Assembly (NCBI RefSeq): GCF_009914755.1
Contig: NC_060939.1
Origin: the human T2T-CHM13v2.0 reference genome, Homo sapiens
Length of the DNA stretch: 64,000 bases
Strand: one strand, 5' to 3'
Position numbers and translations under genes: made by a program. The notes under the pieces were generated by a model. The model was given only the letters and a program-made list of their open reading frames with translations, had not been told where the DNA came from and did not search any database. Shown here in pieces: positions 1 to 12,812 of the stretch (position 1 is its first letter; every line of letters starts with the position of its first letter).

Positions 1-93
1 ATGTCTGTATTTGTGTTTGTCTGGGACTTTCAGTTGACTGTGTAGTAGGTGCTGGGTTATAGTCCTAGAGCTCTGACATTAAATGAATGAAGA

Positions 94-433
<340 letters not shown>

Positions 434-3344
434 CTAGAGTATTTTTGTATCTAAATTTCTAGCATAGACTTCTTGTTTAATCCTGACTCATATCTCTAAA
501 GGCCTATAGTACAGTCTCTCCTTGAAAGTGTCATAGCTACCTTAAATTCAACATGACCACACCTAAGCATCTAACTTCCCCCTCACCTACTGATCTATTT
601 TTATTCCCATATGTAATATATAAGATTATGCCAGTAGTACATATTTTCTGAAAAGGGCAGTGCGCCAGGACAAACCCCTGGGAAACACGGAGTTTTAAGG
701 ATAGACAGAGGAAGAGGTTCTCATGAAGAAACCCAGAAGGAATAAGAAAGATCAAAATTGATTCAGAAATGTTTAGTAGAAGCCAACAAATAGAGTTTCC
801 CAGGAGAACTGGTCAAGAGTGTGAAGTGTCATTTAAGAAGTTCAGTGAAATACAAGCTTACAAATCAGATTACAAAAAGGGTCAGCCACTGCCTCAGACA
901 GAGGCACTCAGTCATGAAAGTCATTTTGGAAGAGATAATAGTCACAGAAAACTATTTTCTCATATGAAAACTATAAATGCGTTATGCAAGCATGTATTTT
1001 GTGTTTTGATAATTAACTGAAATTAAAAAGATTTGAGAGGATTTTTGAGGAAAATGAGCAAAGTGAAATCAGAGTGCAGAATGTCTTTTCTCCAATATCC
1101 AACAAAGCGACCAATTATACTTTTTAAAGTGAATGGGGCAACCAACAAGAGCAAATAAATGTAAAAGTGTTCAACCCTTTACTGGAAAGATTTAACAGAA
1201 AAGGCAGAGCAAAATACCAAAAATTTCCTAGAGGGTTGTTGCCATTCTCAACCCCACTTGTACATCCTGGAGGTAATACCAGAAAAAGAAGGTGAGTCAA
1301 GGAAAACCTCACTAACAACTTCAAATTTGAAAAGGAAAAAAAAGTAGCAAAGGAGTAAATAGGCAACTCTGGGAAACATCTGCGGATTCTCAAGATTAGA
1401 AGCTACCTCCAAAGATTCCAATATCTCAGCAGACACAGTGACCAGGGTCTTAGTATTTGGGGTCTCTTTATTTTGGTCTGTTCAGTCAGAAATCAAAGCA
1501 GATGAGCAGGGAAAGTGATTGTAAGCAAACAAAGCTGTTTACCCCCAGCAGCTAAACAGGGACTTAATAAAACTGATGGCAAAAGAGAAGATACATAAGA
1601 CAAGATCCTGTGAGGATGAAGGGAGATGGAGGACCAGGGACAGTGGTCGGTGGAGACTCTCCTTAACTATGGAGTATTAACCACAGACCCAAGCCTATGA
1701 CTGTTGATATATTTTCCTTCTTCTGTCCTGACTGAATGCTAGAACTAGAGTCTCACAAGAGACAGCTATAATTCAGGATTAAATTCAGGCTTCAGAGCTC
1801 AATGCCCAATTCCCTTGAACCTGAAGTTCTAGGTGGTCCTATATCCCCTTTTAGTCACCTCCAACCAATACAGATATACATCCACTATGTGGAGAGAATT
1901 CTGGTGCAGGTCATTCAACAAGAGAGGCCCAACTTAATTTTAACCTTAATACACTCTAACGTTCACCCTGATCACCCTCACCCTCATCCTAATTCTAGCA
2001 CAACATTAATTCTCTCACTTGTAAAATAAAAATTATTTTTGGAAAACATTAATTATACCAACTTCCTCCAGAGTCTTGCCTAAGAATTAAATAAGATAAC
2101 TTATAGAAAACTATGAACTATGCAAACACCAGAGCACTGATACAAAAATTTGTTGTTGTTGTTATTTTGTATTTGGAAAATATGTTTATATCTTTTTCTA
2201 GGCTAACAGACCTATAAAAGTACAATATGCAGCTGAACTGCCCTCCCACACTGATTTCTCTTCACCTCATGAAGGTGTGTCAAAAAATGTCTATAGCGAC
2301 AGTACACTGGATACTCAAGATGCATCTGTGTTTTCACTGAGATTCTTTAGCTTTAAAAACACATTGTCTTATGCAATATTGTATTTTCAAATTGGTTTGT
2401 TAATAAAGTTTAATTTGACATTATGAGCTTCATCATATTTTAACAAAACTTCAGTGCTGACTTTGCAATTGCTTCATTTTCTGTTAAATATAGCAAACAT
2501 ATAATTTGTTCAGCTTACCTGGAAACAATATTGCCTTCAGCTGTTTGGTAATTGGGTAGATATTTATTGGAACATCTCATACTCTCTATGTAAACACTTG
2601 ATATTACTAGCTATTCATAACTGCAGCTTGGCATGTTCATGAAATTAAACAAAGTAATTAATTTGGTTTCAGGCATAAAACAAGAAAATATGCAGGGCTG
2701 TTGGAACAACATGCACATGTGAAAACTCAGAATTATTTTAATAACAGAGTGTGTGGCCTGCAGTAATAAAGCAATGTTTAAATTATTCTGTCAAAGAAAG
2801 ACATTTAATTTATCATAAGTAGCCTTAAAGATACAAATTTTAATATTTCTTCCTTTCATTATCAGGCTACTTTCCATATTTATTGACTATAATCATTCTG
2901 TTAGTAGGATCCCAAACTTAGCTACTAAATGCAAGAAGCATCATTTTTTATGTGTGAAAATCTCCTTATTCCACCAGGATAAAACCTCTAGATAGTACCA
3001 TTCAAAACAACCTGTTATCTAGAGTGAACATCATGGGAGAAGAGTAATGATGAATATAATCAAAGCTAAAGTGAGGGAGAGGAGAAATGAGGGGAAAAAA
3101 TTCCCAGCTTCTCTATTCTCTAAACATAACCTGGCATAGGCACCTGGCTTGGTACCTTGGTCAATCCATCAGTAAAAAAAGGATGCCATCATTTGCAATG
3201 TGCTTTAAAATATTTATATGAAAAATACTGTCTAACATGGAGGGACAATGGAGGATTCTAATCAACTTTTATGTAGTCATTATGGGAAGGGACTTCAAAA
3301 AGTTCGTGGAAAATGGAATTAAAAGATAAAAGTAAAATACATAA

Positions 3345-5105
3345 ACTTTTTTTTTCCAACAGAAGCTCAAGTTTAAAACACCTTTGTAAGTGATGATACC
3401 AGCCATTTAGTTCATCCCTAAAGAACTGAGGGTACTGGGGAATGGCTATCACTAAAAAGTCAGGAAACAACAGATGCTGAAGAAGATGTGGAGAAATAGG
3501 AATGCTTTTACACTGTTGGTGGGGGTGTAAATTAGTTCAACCATTGTGGAAGACAGTGTGGCGATTCCTCAAGGATCTAGAACTAGAAATACCATTTGAC
3601 CCAGCCATCCCATTACTGGGTATATACTCAAACGATTATAAATCATTCTGCCATAAAGACACATGCACACGTATGTTTATTGCGGCACTATTCACAATAG
3701 CGAAGACTTGGAATCAACCCAAATGTCCATCAGTGATAGACTGGATAAAGAAAATGTGACACATATATACCACGGAGAACTATGTAGCCATAAAAAAGGA
3801 TGAGTTCATGTCCTTCGCAGGGACATGGATGAAGCTGGAAACCATCATTCTCAGCAAACTAACACAGGAACAGAAACCCAAACACCACATGTTCTCACTC
3901 ATAAGTGGGAGTGGAACAATGAGAACATAAGGGCACAGGGAAGGAAACATCACACACCGGGGCCTTTCAGGGGGTGGGGGGCAAGGGGAGGGATAGCACT
4001 AGGAGAAATATCTAATGTAGATGGCGGGTTGATGGGTGCAGCAAACCACCATGGCATGTGTATACCTATATAACAAACCTGCACGTTCTGCACATATATC
4101 CCAGAACTTAAAGTATAATAATACAAGAAATTTTAAAAAATTGAAAAAGAACTGAGGGAAATGGGAATTTAACCATGTCAATGCAGTCTTTTTCACATGA
4201 TTAACTGAAGAAAAATGAGTGCCTTTACACAGTTTTTAACATTAGGAAACAAAAAGAAGTCAGGAGGCGCCAAGCCAGGACTGTAAGATGAATGCCTAAT
4301 AATTTCCCATCAAAACTATTGCAAAACTGTGCTTGTTTGATGAGAAGAGTGAGCAGAAGCGTTGTCATGGTGGAAGACTCTATAGTGAAGCATTCCTGCA
4401 TGTTTTTCTGCTAAAGCTTTGCCTAACTTTCTCAAAACAGTGTCATAATAAGCAGATGTTATCATTCTTTGGCCCTCCAGAAAGCCAACAAACAAAATGT
4501 TTTCAGCAACTCAAAAACCACTGCCATGATCTCTGCTCTTGACCAGTCCATGTTTGCTTTAACCAGGCCACTTCCACCTCTTGGTAGCCATTGCTTTGAT
4601 TGTACTTTGTCTTCAGGATTGTACTCATAAAGCTGTGTTTCATCTCCTGTTCCAAGTTTTCAAAGAAAGCCTTCAGGATCTTAATTCCACTTGTTGAAAC
4701 TTTCCATCCAAAACTTTGTTCTTGTCTGCAACAGCTCTGGGCACAACAATTTGGGTACCTATCAAGTGGAAAGTTTGCTTAACTTTAACTTTTCAGTCAG
4801 AATTGTATACACTGAATCAAGTGGCTATAGTTCCTACCGGTAATCATCAGTTCTCTTCAATCAGGGCATGAAGAAGATTAATTTTTTTCCTCACAAATTG
4901 ATGTTGACAGGCTGCTGCTGTGGACTTCATTTTCAACATCACCTCATCCCTTCTTAAAATGGGTTATATATTTGTAAACTGCTGATTTCTTTGGGGCATT
5001 ATTCCCAGAAACTTTCTATAGAGCATCAATGATTTCATCACTCCTCTACCCAACCTTCACCATAAATTTGATGTTTGTTCTTGCTTCAATTTTAGCAGAA
5101 TTTAT
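3345..5105 (-). pseudogene. Hsmar2 transposase pseudogene (D,D34D)
   Basis: Minus-strand motifs TGDET (4636-4650), HHDNA (4358-4372), YSPGLAPPDF (4256-4285); C-terminal KKTALTWLNS and PQFFRDELNGWYH in the ORF track; start ATG>ATA (5103-5105), TGA-TAG stops at 4759-4764 where RW(VP) is expected, and an L1 insertion. Confidence 0.9.
3440..4145 (+). mobile_element. 5'-truncated L1 (L1PA7-like): ORF2 C-terminus plus 3'UTR
   Basis: ORF 3502-3759 [41 protein letters not shown] is the ORF2p C-terminus; G-rich 3'UTR tract; ends cccagaacttaaagtataata plus decayed A-tail; TSD aaagaactgaggg at 3420-3432 and 4146-4158. Confidence 0.95.
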
Positions 5106-5863
5106 GTTGCTCTAATAGGTGCTCTTTCAATTGATGTCTTAATCTTCTTTGTACCTTAAACTAGATCCTGTTTGGACATGTTACAAGTTAGTATAAGTTT
5201 ATTTTGGTGCAAAAAAAATTTGAAATCCATGCATTGTTTTTTATAACACACATTTTCCATGAACATTTTGAAGACCCCCTCTTATATGCTACTCTTTGAT
5301 TTACAATTTTCAGATGATTACAATATAATAAATAATTGTAATACCATAACCGCAGTGAATGTAAATTAATCTCTCACAATTCCACACATTCCTCAGAATC
5401 TTGAAATATAATCCTGCTATACTTTCTACACAAGAATCCCAGCTAAAGTGTATATATTGGTAAAAGGCTGGATAGCAGAAAATTTAATACATGTTAAAAC
5501 TAAAAAAGCCATTAGAACTCTACATTAAGAAACAATTCCACACTGAGAAAATGAACAAGCAGAAAGTAAATGACTAACTTAAAATTTACACATCTACTGC
5601 TAAAATTGCATTTATTAATAAAGAAACAATTTATGCCTTCTATACTTTGTACATTTAAGAAACATTTTTTGATAACGGGAAAGACAGAAAGAAAAAAGAA
5701 AGAAGGAAATAAAGAGAGAGAGAAAAAAGAGGCAATTCAGAGGTGAAATGGGTTATAGGAACCCATTTTGATCATATATTTTTTTCTATCATGCATCTTC
5801 AAAAAAATAATTTTTTGTCATCTTCAATAAGGACTAGAGAGAGACCCTGTCTCAAAAAGAAAG

Positions 5864-5882
5864 TGAGAGAGAGAGAGAGAGA
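5864..5882 (+). repeat. (GA)n microsatellite after an Alu-tail-like remnant
   Basis: gagagaga run preceded by gagaccctgtctcaaaaa (5841-5858). Confidence 0.7.
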
Positions 5883-8800
5883 TCAAAATATCTCCTAACA
5901 CCCTACAAGTTTTAATTCATAGAACACCAAAAAAGCTAGTCATCCTAAATGCTTTACTTAGCAAAGCTAAGAAAACAGAAAGGGGCCCTTGCTAAATATA
6001 ACAATTGAAAGGAAGAAAGAAAACGCTGTGGAGGAATTAAAGTGGCTTTCACTTTGTAAACCTCCCTCTGGGAAGTACCTTTCCCCTGTCTCCACCTCAA
6101 AGAAGGTTAATATGTTTCTCCTTATTTTGGCATCTCACCTCACCAATCGTTTGTTCATTTAAAACTCAGACATTCTTGAGAGGTAGGAAGTGGGGCTGGT
6201 GATACAGTTTCCATGCGAAAGGCCGTAAGAATGTTTTTGCCCCACTCTACGGAGTCCATCATTGTGAGCCCTGGGTGTGTTGCCCCACATTATTAACTGG
6301 ATGCTGCTCCTCAGCCTCTGCTTTCATGGCTCTCTTCTCTCATTTCTGCTGGACTGAAGCTGCCAGATGAGGCAGACAAATCCATGTTATAGTATCCTTT
6401 GACCCCGTCAATAGTGGACATGAAGTTTAGGGAAATCTACAGCTCAAAAATTGTTTACTGCTACTACCACCATTTCTAAACATACACACTCACACACGTG
6501 CTCACCAAGCAGAATGAATGAATTTTTTAAATATGACAATCATAAATCCTTAGTAGCATTTCTACCTTCATAAAATTATTCTAGAGTTCTAAAGTTTGAA
6601 ACGTCGGTTTGGTTTCCAATGACAGTCAAAAGCCGATTACTTTTTTGGAGTACGTTATGGCTGTTATTTTTGTTTGTTTGTTACTGTTAAAACCTCTATT
6701 GAGAATAGAAAGCTAAATTCAACACCATTTCTTTTCCAACAACGTATTTTGTTATATTAATCTGACTGGGCTATTTGATTATCTCATTAGAATATTACCT
6801 ATCTGTGTAATTCCATGGTGACACCTAGCCAAAATCAAGAGCCAAAATACATGGAAAATGTGGTGAGGGAAAGTTTCACTTATGCATTTTTTTACCCCTA
6901 TACCACAGTAAAGTTTGGGTAATGTTTATATCACATCTTCCCACAGACACTTTACCAAAGCCAAGGCACATTGTAAGCTTTCAGTAGGACCCAAGCCTGC
7001 TCAACTCATGTCACATTTGCAAAGCACTACTAAGTCCACTGAAGTTTGCCAAATTTCCACAAATAAAAGAATCAGAACTGCTGCTGTAATTAGAATTCAT
7101 CCAAATGTCTTCCTCACTTCATCCTCCATTAACATCAGCTCCAGATCTGGGTACTTAACAGCACTACATTCAGCCACATCAACGAAAATCTAAAGAAGAC
7201 TACTGAAAAATTAAAACTAGCTTCATCCTACAGAATGGATTCTAACTTATTACCAAGAAAATAATTCTTATTCAGTTTTCAATAAACTTTATCAGAGACG
7301 GGGTACTTGATATGAGAGAGTGGCCAATGGGAATCACCAAATGGTGAGTTACTCAAAAGAATTTTCTTATTTGCCTCATAATTTAAGCATATAATTCAAC
7401 CTCTTCCTGCCTTTGTTCCCCAGATTATAAACTGCTTAAAACAGCTAGTTCCTCCCTAGCTATGATATGGTACGTAACTATGATACCTTGTTATGGTACA
7501 GGAAGCTATAAGAGCAATTCAGACAACAAAGAATAATATTTTGATAAAATAGAGCAGTAAATAAGTCAATTAATCTAAATAATTTCCTATTTGAATTAAT
7601 TTTTAAAGGTAGGTTTTGAGAGATTCTAATTAAAGATTTCTATTCTGCTAGTCTTTTCCTATACTCAGTGTTTGTTATTAAAACCTTGCTAAGAAAGTGA
7701 TGAGTATATACATTTCTCAATTACAAACCAGAATTACTGCATATTTCCATTTATTTATATTCCATATCTTGGCCACAGTTGGGTAGTGGGGTGGGAAAAA
7801 TATATTAAGAGATGAAAAAGAATGGGGAGACATTTTGCAAGACATTAAAGGGATATCCAGGATAAAATTATTTCCTGATAAAGGAATATGTATAAATAAG
7901 TTGAAATGACATTGTTTCACAGAAGTAAAAATAAAACTTGATTTTCCTGAAAACAAATAAGGATATAAACGATACAGACTATTACATAATGTGTCTGTAA
8001 CATGAGTATCTTATTACCCTATGTATTGCGTTAGTAAAAATGCATCAGAAACATAGAACAATCAGAAGCAGCTCTTGAATGGAGAAATGTCCTCTTTATC
8101 CCAGTTAAAATGAGAGCAGTCTTCAGGCATCATGTGACATTGTCCGAATATTTTGCATGACCATTTCTTAGGCTCTCCTTCTCTAATTGATTAGAGCAAA
8201 TGTTTATAGGTAGCAGAGCTGTCTAAACCAGGTTCTTAACAGGAAAAGAGACACAAAATCCCTTTCTGATTGGAGACTCTGATTCCAGTGTATACGTAGT
8301 CTGTCTTATGTAGCTTGTCTATTTGAATGGTAGTGTCTTTCCTTAACTGCAACGAAACAAATAAGGTTCACGCACAGGTTTAATTTGGCATCAAGCTCCA
8401 ACTTAGTCCCTTGTGCTTGTTTATTGCATGTCTGCAGCTGTTATTTTCCTGCTTCTTCCACAGTTAGGCAATAGAGCCAGGCTGTCGTCAGCCTTGCTTT
8501 GCCTTTATTTTGTGCTCCCCATTTTTATTGATGAGCTTATACTTGTCCTGCTGATTAAGTAAAAATATGTTTTCTTTATAATTTTTTTAAAGACTATGTT
8601 CCCAAAAAAGTCTCTGAGTTTTCCTTTTAATCACTATTTTTCCCTTTAAAAATGCATGAATAAATTTAAACCCATTCAAATGCCAATATGCCTAATGTAC
8701 ATATTAAGTCAATACGATTTTACTTAACTTTTTCTACTTACATTTTTTTTACTATAGCTCAAGACTTACAACAAAATACTAAATGATGACTGATTCTCAT

Positions 8801-9089
8801 AGTGTCTTGCTAGAAAAGTAGCAACTATTTCCTAAATATTGGCATGTCTAATTGCTCAAATTTTACAAGCTAAGAAGACTAGGAAGAAAAATCTTTCAAA
8901 CATTTAGGTTAGCTCTCAGTGGAGTCTCTGGAGGTTAAGAGGTGAAGTCAAGTCGTACCATTCTTTCTTAATACTATCATTCTCAAATGATCAAATGTGA
9001 TTTTTCACTCAACCAAAAATTTCTTTCTTCAAACTCCACTTCAACTGCTCACGTTTTTTAAATCTCATTTTCTTATGTATTTATTCTAT

Positions 9090-9160
9090 TTATTCATTCA
9101 TTTATTCCATAGTTATTCAATAGATATTTATTGAGCATTTATTGGGTACCAGATACATAG
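9090..9160 (-). mobile_element. L2 3'-end fragment
   Basis: ttcattcatttattcc...atatttattgagcatttattgggtaccag resembles the reverse complement of the L2 terminus. Confidence 0.6.
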
Positions 9161-9344
9161 AACTTCAAAAGAAAAGATTCTGATCTCTGAGATCATTCAG
9201 AGCTAAGCACCAGGCTAACTGCCCTCCTCACGCCAGTCTGTGTGTCAGCCTTACATATCTCCTGGAATACATAATAGGAACAAGTAGATTTTTAGCACCT
9301 TGGGTTACCTGAGGGTGCAAAGAAATGAATCTCATAAAGCATGT

Positions 9345-9545
9345 GCCAGAGTGCCTGGGTTCAAATAATCGTTTTTCCACTTTTAGTGGTATGACCTCAG
9401 AAAACATGTTAACTCTGTGACTGTCTTTGTCTGTAAAATGAAAAAAACAATAGTAGTTACCTCGTATGTTTTTATCAACGGAGTCAACATCTGTAAGGTA
9501 CTAAGAACAGTGCCTGCTACAGAGCAACGCTGTATATATTTGTCA
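9345..9545 (+). mobile_element. MIR SINE
   Basis: cctgggttcaaat...tgacctcag...tctgtaaaatg...aatagtagttacctc...aagaacagtgcctg follows the MIR core and 3' part. Confidence 0.75.
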
Positions 9546-10287
9546 AATAAATGAAAACAATTAAATTATGCATGTTATGAAAATTAAATGAATTTTCACA
9601 TATGTAAAATATTTAGATATGTGCTCAAGTGCTAAATAGAGGTTGCTGATAATTACTGTTACTGAATAGCCCCCTTCTGGGAAGCCCTGGCCTCTTCTGT
9701 AGAAGTTCTTACTCATATTCCACCGTTCAAGACGCTGCCTCCCAATCGTGATTGGCCCGACTGAAGAGAAAGCACTTCATCAAAAGCAGATGCTCCTCCA
9801 TGAGTCACTGGACTAATCCAGTTGTCCCTCTCTGGAATTTCCATTGAGGATATAATGAGTAAGTCTGCCAGGCAATAGGAGCTAGAGTGAATATTCACAC
9901 AGAGAAACCAGCAGGGACTGGGAAAGTAGCTGAGTCATATTCCCTGCAGAAAATGGGAAGGGACCCCTGGACCTCAGTTGATGACACCCACATTACTGAA
10001 TCCTGAGTCATCTTCCTATCTCTGAACTGTGATCCAGTTATCTGGACACTCAAGCATACTGTGGTTTCTGCTTGTCCCATAAGACATAGTGCCCCTGCCT
10101 GCTCTTTTCAGTTTCCCTGAGTCATGGCCAAGAGGTTGAGCTTTCTCTCTTTCTTATATCCCTTATATGTTCATCATAGACCACTGTAATGTATGGATAT
10201 TTCTTGCAGTTTAAAGAGCCTCCTCTGTATATCACAGGGAGATGATAGGTACAGAACAAGTTCAAAAGATGGCTCTCAATTTTGTCT

Positions 10288-10415
10288 TGACATCAGAATC
10301 CCCTGTACTGACTTTTCAAATGCAGGGCCTGGGCCCTACCACCCAGATGTGAATTCAATAGGCTGGAGCAAAGGCCAGGAATTACTAATGTACATCAAAG
10401 GCTGAAAACTATTGA
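10288..10415. mobile_element. MER5-like hAT-Charlie fragment
   Basis: catcagaatccc...aaatgcagggcctgggccctaccacccaga...ggccaggaat motif order. Confidence 0.5.
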
Positions 10416-10849
10416 AGGTAGTCAAAGAATGATGTCGGCCAGGCAAGGAGAAAAAGGAGAACAAAAGAGAAATGTTGTTCAGTGCTTAAGGATAAAACTA
10501 TTCTGTGGTCTCCTCATTGATAATGTATGGATGGACACTTTTCTAGCATGTGAGATAATTTTTCTAGAAGATGTAGTACTCATTCAAAATCCTCAAGGAC
10601 TCCCTGTTGGACCTAGAATAAAGCGCAAACTCTGTAACCCAGCATTCAGGCTCTCCATAAAGCACTTTGCTGCTCCACTGAAGAACTTCCTTCTATACCC
10701 TTACATCCCAGTCATACCTGCCTTTTGGTCATTCTCGAACATTCTGTATGTCATTATATTTCCATGCCTTTAATTCATGCTAGTCTCCCAAGCTAAATTG
10801 TCTTTCTCATTCTTTCTGTCCACCTGACACTAATAATTACAAGAGTAAT

Positions 10850-11030
10850 AACAATTTACAGATCACAATATGCTTTTCTCAAACATTGTTACATCTCTTC
10901 CTCATAGCAGCAACTTTGAGTAACAGATATGCTCTTTATTTCAACTTTCTGATCCAGAAACTGAAGTTCACACAAATTAGGTGACATACCCAGTGCCTGA
11001 TATATAGTAGAATGTTGATTTAAAAATTGG
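10850..11030 (-). mobile_element. MIR SINE fragment
   Basis: cctcatagcagcaac...gatccagaaactgaagttcacacaaattaggtgacataccca is a decayed reverse MIR core. Confidence 0.55.
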
Positions 11031-12606
11031 CCAGAAGTAGGAAAGTGAATCAAGTCTTTGAATATCAAAGTCCAAGCTTTCCTTTGCTTATTTTGCTTTG
11101 TTTTAATTAACATATATCCAAATTCCAAAGGCTGGAACTTTAATCTTTCAAAACTCAGATCCAAAGACATGCCAACATACAGACACATAAACATCCAGGG
11201 TGCTTTAACTATGTAATAAATATCTAGCAAAGTTATTAATTTGAGTCTGACAAGAATGAGACAGGAATCGTTGAGAACCAAATGCTCAGAAGAAGTAGAT
11301 TCAATTCAACTGAATTTATCTCTACTTATCTTTATTGTCATTATGTCTCATCAAATTCATCTAGAACAAAATATTTCATGAAGGCTGTTGGATAGTCAGA
11401 CATTCCTCTACCCTGCCTGCCTCATGAGGTTCAAATGAGATAAGGTATGGGAATTCACTTAGGAAAGTAGAAAATGTTGATAAATTTTTATCTTCCCCTC
11501 AGTTTATCGTGCTCTGCAAGAGAGTCATGGACACTGACAAGCATACTCCTAAGAAGATGCTCACCTCAAAATCTGGTTACTCTATTACTCAATACTGTAT
11601 ATGTTTTCCAAAGCTGTGTAGTCTCCTGATCCACTTTATGCCTACCATAATTAGAGCAAATAATATGAAAAGTGAATGGATCCAGGAATTGCAATTTTCC
11701 AGACTACCAATGAATAAATTCTATTCTCATCCTTCTGAAACACACTTCTGCCATGCTTCTGACAGAAGTCACACTTGTTTCTGTATTTTTTGTTCTTGAC
11801 GGGTTTTTTGCCATTTGACTCATTGATGCTGTTCAACCTTTCTTTACTCATCTTATTTACATTATTTTGACCTGTATCCCTTGATGATTTTCACTACTTC
11901 CAAACCTGTCTGGCTTACAGGTGGTTCTCATTGCAACCCATTTAAGAATATCAACAGTGGTTTAGCAGCAGTGACTCCGTTCACCCAAACAGCTTGTGAC
12001 AGTCCATGCACAGATTTTTATCTCTTTACATAAAATCCCATCAATGTTGCAGGCTGAGACACAGAACTTTAAAACCATATGTTTCTGATATTTCAGGGTT
12101 TTTTCCCCTTAGGCTTTGTGAATAGAAGAGAGATATCACATCCTCCTTGTTCTTTCACTGGCAAAAGGTTCATTCACACAACCTGAAGTCATTTGAGCAT
12201 GAGTTTCCATGATGTCTTATTTTCAAGTATTGTTATCAATTCTGTCTAAATTTATAAAGATTGTAATACATGCTCACATACAAGGAACACTCGGTGAATC
12301 ACTCTTGTCCAAGAACATTTAGTATTTTACATTTGTCCATTTTAATAACATTTCAGCTGCCACTGTTATAAAACATTTAAAACATTTAGAATATGGCCTC
12401 TCTGCAGTGTTTTCACTGGTGATAAACACCCAAGTCATTTTTTTAACCCAATGTGCTACGAATAGGGCATTTCAGTTGTATGAATCCCACTCAGATTTTC
12501 AGGGCTGCTTTACTCTAAATACTTTGTATTATGACTAACATGATCATATCAGCTGCCCTTTATTAGTTTCTGCATGTAACTTATTAGCTAAACTGTATTA
12601 TGCACA

Positions 12607-12812
12607 CACTGAGCACCAGGACCTCTGCTATGCATGTTCCACACATAATCTCATTTCGTAGTAGATGGATACTATTGTTAATCTTCAACAGATGGAGAAA
12701 TTGAGGCCTAGAGAGATTTTGTAAATCTCCCAAGGAACTCATTTAGTAACCGTGGGGCTGGGATTTGAACTCAGGTGTGTCTTGACTCCAAAACCCAAGG
12801 TTTTAACACATG
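12607..12812 (-). mobile_element. MIR SINE
   Basis: acagatggagaaattgaggcctagagag...cccaagg...gctgggatttgaactcagg...tgactccaaaaccc. Confidence 0.8.

Larger units (their letters stand above)
3285..5282 (-). mobile_element. Hsmar2 mariner DNA transposon, near full length, interrupted by an L1
   Basis: Inverted termini ggaagggacttcaaaaagttcgtggaaaatg (3285-) and cattttccatgaacattttgaagaccccctct (-5282) followed by TA; about 1.27 kb after removing the L1; interior matches the recalled Hsmar2 consensus. Confidence 0.93.

Noticed and set aside
3958-3992. G-quadruplex-capable tract
   Set aside because: Standard G-rich tract of the L1 3'UTR; not locus-specific
5841-5882. Micro-Alu insertion (gagaccctgtctcaaaaa plus GA repeat)
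   Set aside because: Only 18 bp of similarity and no identifiable TSD; cannot separate from chance or a deletion remnant
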